Assembly: GCA_951406725.2 (NCBI GenBank)
Contig: OX597819.1
Location: forward strand, 98,828,001 to 98,892,000
Length of the DNA stretch: 64,000 bases
Direction of reading: 5' to 3'
Source of the DNA: Octopus vulgaris
Taxonomy: Eukaryota
Shown here one piece after another: positions 55,864 through 64,000 of the stretch. A program made the translations under genes and the position numbers. Each line of letters starts with the position of its first letter. Within the stretch, counting starts at the first letter, position 1. Under the pieces are notes generated by a model. It saw nothing but the letters and a program-made list of their open reading frames with translations. It searched no databases and was not told where the DNA came from.

Positions 55864-55947
<84 letters not shown>

Positions 55948-56119
55948 GATAGATAGATAGATAGATTCAAATGAATATGGTACTTAAGTTAGATGCACCA
56001 GAATTTTGTATGGTGTTTTTAAAACTGTTGTAATACTCACAATATTTAATAAAATGATGTAGCGTGAAACGATCGTACCAAATTGCCGAAATATTCTTGT
56101 TGCTTATTTTGATTATATT

Positions 56120-56198
<79 letters not shown>

Positions 56199-56436
56199 GT
56201 ATGTGTGTTTGTGTGTCTGTGTTTGTCCTCCCAACATCGCTTGACAACCGATGTTGGTGTGTTTACGTCCCCGTAAGTTAGTGGTTCGACAAAAGGGTCC
56301 GATAGAATAAGTACTAGGCTTACAAAGAATAAGTCCTGGGGTCGATTTGCTTGACAAAGGCGGTGCTCCAGCATGGCCGCAGTCAAATGACTGAAACAAG
56401 TAAAAGAGTAAAAGAGAGAGAGAGAGAGTAAAGAGT
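55701..56436 (+). mobile_element. SINE family B with a Penelope pLTR fragment in its internal microsatellite
   Basis: B head 55701-55865, B 3' half 56200-56436. Confidence 0.9.
55967..56120 (+). mobile_element. Penelope-like pLTR fragment (same family as 43129-43254)
   Basis: GAAA-CGATCG-TA at 56066-56077; terminus gttgcttattttgattatatt matches the reverse complement of 43129-43150. Confidence 0.7.
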
Positions 56437-56624
56437 ATACCTCATGTCAATAGTGTGTGTTGTATTATTTCATTTGTTTTGTAACCTAGCTTCATACAAT
56501 GTGTTTTGGCTTTACGCTTTAAATAACCTTAATCATGGAACGACATCGAAACAACATAATCAATAATCTTTAACATAATGACAGAATGTTATGATGGGCA
56601 ATAAATTTATTCATAAAAATAGTA

Positions 56625-56830
56625 ATATGGTTTCAAATTTTGGTACGAAGCCAGCAGTTTTTAGGGGATGGGTAAGTCAATTACATCGATCTCAGTGTTT
56701 AACAGGTATTTATTTTATCAGCTCCGCAGAGATGAAAGGCAAAGCTGACCTCGTCGGGATTTGAATTCAGAACGTAAAGAGCTGGAAGAAATGCCGGCTA
56801 AGCTTTTTGTTCGACGCGCTAACGATTCTG
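56625..56830 (-). mobile_element. SINE family A, older subfamily
   Basis: gatgaaaggcaaagctgacctcgtcgggatttgaattcagaacgtaaag on +. Confidence 0.75.
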
Positions 56831-57962
56831 GAATTTCCACGGGTCCATTATAATAACAACTGTAACAAAGTTAATCCATTCTACAGATGACATCGTAAAT
56901 TGTTTCAGTAATATACATCGTAATACTATATAAGACGCTAATATATTAATCTAATAGGAGCGAGATTGGTAGCCACTGATTATATATTGCGTTTATTCTA
57001 AAGGTTTAGCTGAAAAAGAAGGGCAACGACCATAGCTCTTATAAGGGTCTCCATGATTGGTGGAAAGAAGAGCGGAAGTAATCCCCAGAAAGGAGACCCG
57101 AACTGAAGACTTAAAATTGAATGAAGTTCTCTGCTAACGGGAGCTAAAAGATAGGATGTGGTGTTAAACAGGGCAAGAGGTTAAGTCTATCACTCAAAGT
57201 TTATGCATGTTGTCCTTATCAAATATTCATAGAGCGAACGAATTTTTTGGAAGGTTTCTCTGTTTTTTTTTACGTTCAACAGTTATTTCGCAACTATCCC
57301 GTATTAGTTCATAAAAAAAAACAATATGCAAAGTGTTACTTTTAACTGTTTCAAATCCAATACAGACTCCACTTCCTGGTAATTTTAACGCCATTGAACT
57401 TGTTAAATATGGATGTGTATATAAGTGCATGTATGTATATGTATGAATATATATATATTATTATTATTGTTATTTTTATTGTATTTTTGTATTTATATTC
57501 GTGTAACACCATCTGTTTTTCCATCCTTGTTTTCGTATACATTCGATGCTTTTCCAAGGAATCTAATGCTCTTAGCTTAGTTTTTCCTTGGGACTGGCCA
57601 GATTGGAGCAATCTCAAGATTAATCAGCCGAAATTGCGAGGATGATACGGTTCTTGACTGAAGATAAAAGGCTTCGAATGACCCGTCCTTGTTTTTTTGT
57701 GTATCGTCTATCTGGATGTTTTGTTGTCCCTTTTTGTATCACTTAGTTGTCCGGATGTTTTGCGTTCTTGTCCCATTTTGTATTTTATATATATATACCT
57801 GAGGAATTAGGTTTTCGTTCTACGAGCCGACGAAACTTTAAGTAACATGGAGCTGTGTCAGACTGTTATTGATTAATACAACTCCTCTCAAACATATTGA
57901 GTGCTACATTCTTTCGTTTGTCCACTCACTCGTGTGTGTGTGTGTATGTGTGTGTGTGTTTG

Positions 57963-58268
57963 TGGAGGCACATGGCCTAGTGGTTAGAGCAGCAGACTCA
58001 CGGTCGAGGGATTGCGGGTTCGAATCTCTGACCGGGTGATGTGTGTGTTTATGAGCAAAAAACCTAAGCTCCACGCGGCTCTGGCAGAACGTAATGGCGA
58101 ACTTCTGCTGACTCTTTCGCCACAACTTTCTCTCACTCTCTCGTCCTGCATCTAGCAGCTCACCTGCGACGGACCGGCGTCCCGTTCAGGTGGAGAACCT
58201 ATACGCCAATGAAACCAGGAAACCGGCCCTTATGAGCCAGGCATGGCTCGAGAAGGAACAAACCAAAA
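57963..58268 (+). mobile_element. tRNA-derived SINE family C
   Basis: A-box tggcctagtgg, B-box gggttcgaatctc, 3' region cctgcgacggaccggcgtcccg...gaaacc...tggctcg, A-rich end. Confidence 0.85.
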
Positions 58269-58298
58269 CATATATGTATAAATATACATATATATAAA

Positions 58299-58491
58299 GG
58301 GAAAGTTTACGAAAATAAACAAAAGACGAAAGCAGGTGGAGTACAAACAAACAAATGTATTAGTATAGCGCTCAGGAATAGAAATAGAAAAAGTCTTTTA
58401 CGTTTCGAGCCTACGCTCTTCGACAGAAAGATACACAGAAAAAAACAAGGAGAGAAACAAGGAGAGAAAAAATGCGTGTAGGAGCTAACGA
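58299..58491 (-). mobile_element. Family G short element, copy 5 (longest, subfamily variant), hammerhead motif 58394-58431
   Basis: Minus strand TCTTT-CTGTCGA-A-GAGC-gtag-GCTC-GAAA-CG-TA-AAAGA. Confidence 0.8.
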
Positions 58492-59445
58492 CACATACAT
58501 ATGTGTGTAGATGTATAAAGGTCATGATTCATAAAAACCTTTAGTTAAGGATAGACAAGCGTGTTGGGGCAGCTTCCGTTTAGAGAAGAGTTGTTTTACG
58601 CAGTTATTTCATTAAGCCATTCTTTAATATTCCACCTGACAATTATGATGTAAGACCCTTAATAATAGATCGTTTAGGGATGATTAATAAAAAATTAATT
58701 ATTGTAAGACGAGGGCATAAAATATTCAGGTGGCCTCTGCCACCTTGGTTCTTTTAGATTTATCTTATGTAATTTATATCTGTAATTGAACAGGGGATAG
58801 TAGGTATCAACAGTTTTATCGCTGTAGTGTAGTGTAAGTAGTCCTCTACATTGCCTTTAGATCTTTTAGAACTGATAGAGATAGCAGCCAAATATCCCTT
58901 GTACCATACACTACTGTCTAAAAATAATACACGCTAAATAATGAGGTCTTGGATACTTAATGCCTGAAACACGAAGGTGATTGCCGGAAAGCTTTTTGCT
59001 CATAGCTGAGGATGGGATAATTATGAGCGAGAACGCCCATAACAACAATGACCGCAACTAGGTGACCATCGGGATGAGCTCTGACTGTTATCCTCCTCAC
59101 ACTAGGAAACCAGTCCTAAGTTGTGACCTTTAATGAAACCCAAATGTGTTATCATTTCACATTTAAATACGTGACTCAACAATCATCTAAGATGTTAAGT
59201 GACGTATCATACAATCGAAAATCTAACATTGAGATATGAGTCTCAGTTAAGTATTTCCATATTAACAATTACCACGCCAAATAATTATACCATGCTTCTG
59301 TTAATATAAATCATCACGTGACCAGTTACTTAAAAGATTTATCGATAGTATAATCATGGGCAACTTACGGCAAACTTGTAGTATTGCTCACTACAAAAGG
59401 TAAACATGTATTGTGAGCCCTATCTGGAAAATTTGTAAACGTAAG

Positions 59446-59517
59446 GCAGCCAAAACCTGACTCTAAAACCACATTAAATGAACATTTAATGTGGTTTTAG
59501 AGTCAATTTTTGGCTGC
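59446..59517. repeat. Inverted repeat, 35-bp arms, 2-nt spacer
   Basis: 23-bp perfect core 59458-59480 / 59483-59505, extended by gcagccaaaa / ttttggctgc. Confidence 0.95.
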
Positions 59518-59558
59518 TATTTCACCTTGGAGGTCTCTCTTAGATACCCTAAATTATA

Positions 59559-59601
<43 letters not shown>

Positions 59602-60222
59602 AACATATATATATAGCATACATCACTATCCCACCGTGTTGATCCTTTAGAAGGAACTAATTAATGTCTGACTATAACAGAAGAGACTTTTACTTAGCAT
59701 CACCAAGGAGGATCGAACCCGAAAATAAATTGCTGTCGAAGACGTTCTTAACCATATAACCATGAAGGTATATATCAGTTGCTAAATATGATATGTCTTC
59801 TGCATACTTTAACGGATTCCTGTAGGGGGTTGACATGCCAGTGATAAAAATAGCCCTTACTAAGTATTATATGACAAAAATAGTTAACTTCACAAAGCAT
59901 ATGTGCGCGCGCAAACATACACACTCACACACGTACATACATACGCACAAACACCGATCTCTGCAAACGCATACATCATTACAAATAATTATATAAATAT
60001 GTCAGCATGTGTATATATATATATACATACATATGTTTATATATAAATACATGTGTGTAGCTTTTTTCAAGATGTCTTTGAAAAAGTCTTAGATGAAATT
60101 CGAGCTCCTTCACCGTAGCTTCAGGAGTATTTTCAGCAACAAAAATAAACACCACACACATACACACAACACGTGCGTGCGTGCGCGCAGACATATATTT
60201 TCTATCTCTGTTTCTCTCTGTC

Positions 60223-60253
<31 letters not shown>

Positions 60254-60373
60254 TTCACAAGCACACACATAAGAGCGAACGCACATATCTATATACTGTA
60301 CATAATGCATTTAGCTCTCTCTTAACGCACACACACATATACATTCATATTTATATATATGTATGTATATATA

Positions 60374-60423
<50 letters not shown>

Positions 60424-60733
60424 TATATATATATGTATATGTTTATACATAATGCATAACATACTTATACATAATACAAATAGAAAATATCTACATATAT
60501 ACACACACCTATCTCTGTGTATTATATAAGTACTAGCTTGTTTGTACAGATAGGTTTGATAGATAGATACAAAATATATACTATTACGTATACACAGACA
60601 CAAACACACACACACACGCACTCGAGCCTTCATATATATGCATGTGTACGTGTGTGTGTTTGTGTGAAGAGAGAGAGAGAGTGAGAGGGAGATATGTGAA
60701 TGGATGTATGTGCGTTCGTGTGTGCATGAATGA

Positions 60734-60774
<41 letters not shown>

Positions 60775-60948
60775 TATATGTATATACATATATATATATA
60801 TATGCACACACAAATGTATATATGTATATATGCACATATATATATGCATATATATATATGTATATTCGCATACATATATGTACGTACATATATATATATA
60901 TATATATGAATGCACATATATCTATACGTATAAATGTATGTATATATG

Positions 60949-60988
<40 letters not shown>

Positions 60989-61511
60989 AATATATATGTA
61001 AATATATATATGTAGGTATATGTAAGTACATATATATATATGTGTGTGTGTTTGTATGTATGTGTATATGTGTATGTGAATTACATATGTGTGTGTATAT
61101 ACGCATACATATGTGATACACATACACATATACACACACATACACACACACACACACATATATATAGGTCTGTTAATGCCAGATAGCCATGTGGCACACG
61201 TATGACACCACCTATTCGCAGGGCTCGTGTTCAAATCTGCTGGCAATGTCTCGACGTATTTCTATACAGAATATGATATTTCAGAATGTCTAAGTTTATC
61301 TGATTGTTGGAAGTATGTATACAGGTTGTGTGGATGGAAGTCAATAGGACTAATACTTCTATTGATACATGCCTCTCATCACGAAAGGTCAAAACAATTG
61401 CGGCCATTGTACCAAGGCGCAACATCATATACATGCATATGCATATACGTGTATTATATATATATAATATATATGCATAGAGAGAGAGCGGGGTACAGAA
61501 AGTCAGAGTGT

Positions 61512-61619
<108 letters not shown>

Positions 61620-61941
61620 ATGTTGTCCTGATATATTACTATATTTTATATCTTATATGTAATGCATAATATGTTATACATGTATGTATATTATTGTAAT
61701 TATCAGTTTAGTTGATAGATAAATAAGTTAACATAATACAATGTCTAAAAGTTGATGAACCACCTATTGATCCCGTCCATTTTCCTACTGCTATATTTCC
61801 TTTCTAGTTTCAGCCCAGAGCTGCGGCCATGCTGGTGCACCGCCGTTTTGTGCTACACTGTTATTACTAAGAGCCTCCTGTAATATGTGTCACTTTGTGA
61901 AGAATGGAGTTTGATGTATCTACCCTCATTTGCACCTCTTG

Positions 61942-62074
<133 letters not shown>

Positions 62075-62862
62075 ATAACACATGGATAGATATCCAATCA
62101 AGTAGGAAGATGGAGAGAAAAATGTGATGAACTCTGTATTATTATGGTATTTACTGTATGTGAGAAATACAGGCACTATGAAAACTCTGAAGTCACTGTC
62201 AATAGATTATTAAAAATATTTGATTTTACAATTATTTTTAAAGTAATTATTCAGTTTTTACGCTTACGAGAAAAAACTTGAAGTACATATGTGTGTGTGT
62301 GTGTATGTGTGCATGTCTGTGCGTATGTTTGTGCACGCGTGCGCGTTTGAGTATGCTGGGGTAGCGTATATAAAGTTTTTTATTCGAACAAATCGATAGA
62401 TAGATCTACATACACACACACACATACATACACACACACACACATACATACATACATACATACATACATACATACATACATACATACATACTTACACACA
62501 CACACATACATACATACACACATACATACATACATACATACATACATACATACATACATACATACATACATGTACATATATATATTTATTTATGTATACT
62601 TAAATATTCATCGTCTGAAGGTCTCCACTCTTTGCTTTCTCTCGTTTTGCATGTATACATACATACATATTTTGTATTTCAAGCTGTTATATTTAATATA
62701 TCTAATTTGTTTATCCGTATAATTGCCTCCATATCAGCTCAACTTGATCCTTGTTAGAGCCATTCGTTACCCGCAGAGTTGATCCCCTGCAAAGACTTCC
62801 TAGTCTAAGTTTGAACCATTTGAGCGCTGGTGTCTTTTATATTGTGAATACACACACACACA

Positions 62863-62992
<130 letters not shown>

Positions 62993-63063
62993 TGTGTATA
63001 TATATATACATACATATATATATACAAATATACGTATATATATATATATATATATATACACAA

Positions 63064-63133
<70 letters not shown>

Positions 63134-63311
63134 ATATATAATTATAACATTAAGGGTTTAGCAACAAGTTGCTTGACCACATACCGAAAATTTTAGAAAT
63201 AGTAGCCAAAAGACTCCTATTTCCTTTTTCTACAAAAATATGTCTCCACAGACAACAATATTATTTGCAACTTACACATGGCAAAAAAGAAGAAAAATAA
63301 TGAAATCAAAG

Positions 63312-63361
<50 letters not shown>

Positions 63362-63777
63362 CAAGAGAGAGTGAGTGAGAAAGCAATGGAAGATCAGATA
63401 CATAGCCTATTAGACAATTTCACAATTCAATTATCAATATTTCTTCTGGTCAAATTTCAACCCTGCCAATCTATAATATACCCCTACAGATGTTTGCGCT
63501 GTTTAATGTACCCTGCCAACACCACTTGCACTAACTGCTGTATAGAGCAACACCACTTCCCCTAACCATTATTCTATACACAGACACTGCACTACGGCTA
63601 CAGCCCTCTCTCTCTCTACCACTATACGTCTGTTCTATAGAACATTGTTAGATACTGCGACTAACTCTAATACACACGGCACATCACACTGCAGTATAAA
63701 CATACATAATAATCTTCCTACCAACCAATACCGGCTACCATCACTATAAGCATCGTAAGCGTCTGCACGAGCACCGG

Positions 63778-63885
63778 CCACACCACCATGCAAACAAAAC
63801 CACCAGCACCACCACCACTACCACCACCACTACCACCACCACCACCACCACCACCACCACCACCACCACCACCACCACCACCACC

Positions 63886-63949
<64 letters not shown>

Positions 63950-64000
63950 TCACCACCACCAAAACCACCACCACTACCACCAACATCACCACCACCAAAA
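63778..64000. repeat. (CAC)n/(CAA)n compound triplet repeat
   Basis: Direct reading. Confidence 0.95.

Noticed and set aside
57963-58035. tRNA-like sequence with strong A and B boxes (also ~4905-4980 minus)
   Set aside because: No closing acceptor stem, and it continues directly into a SINE body, so it is a SINE head rather than a tRNA gene.

Overview
AT-rich, gene-poor eukaryotic DNA (intronic or intergenic). It is dominated by microsatellites and at least six tRNA-derived SINE families. Repeat content and microsatellite load strongly resemble octopus (coleoid cephalopod) genomes, which is an inference. I find no credible protein-coding exon, RNA gene or CRISPR array. Nearly all ORFs in the track are translated microsatellites or SINEs. 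The coding signal that exists is decayed retroelement sequence: RTE-type RT fragments (10210-10470, 26264-26694), a CR1/Jockey-group ORF2 C-terminus (15255-15688), a Tx1/L1-like 3' end (40288-40880) and Penelope-like remnants (24835-25650, 43129-44022). There are also pogo/Tigger, hAT and Helentron-like DNA-element ends. The most notable hidden layer is about 15 hammerhead-ribozyme-like motifs on Penelope-type terminal repeats docked in microsatellites. These include one complete canonical type I hammerhead (43167-43254, minus strand) and a five-copy ~150-190 bp family whose core-bearing copies share a variant core (CUGUNGA). Other highlights are a SINE/LINE pair sharing a 3' tail, a candidate ~200-bp target-site duplication, nested insertions with clean TSDs, a 35-bp-arm palindrome and a CRE/E-box/YY1 cluster. 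Family letters A-H are my own labels and all alignments were done by eye.
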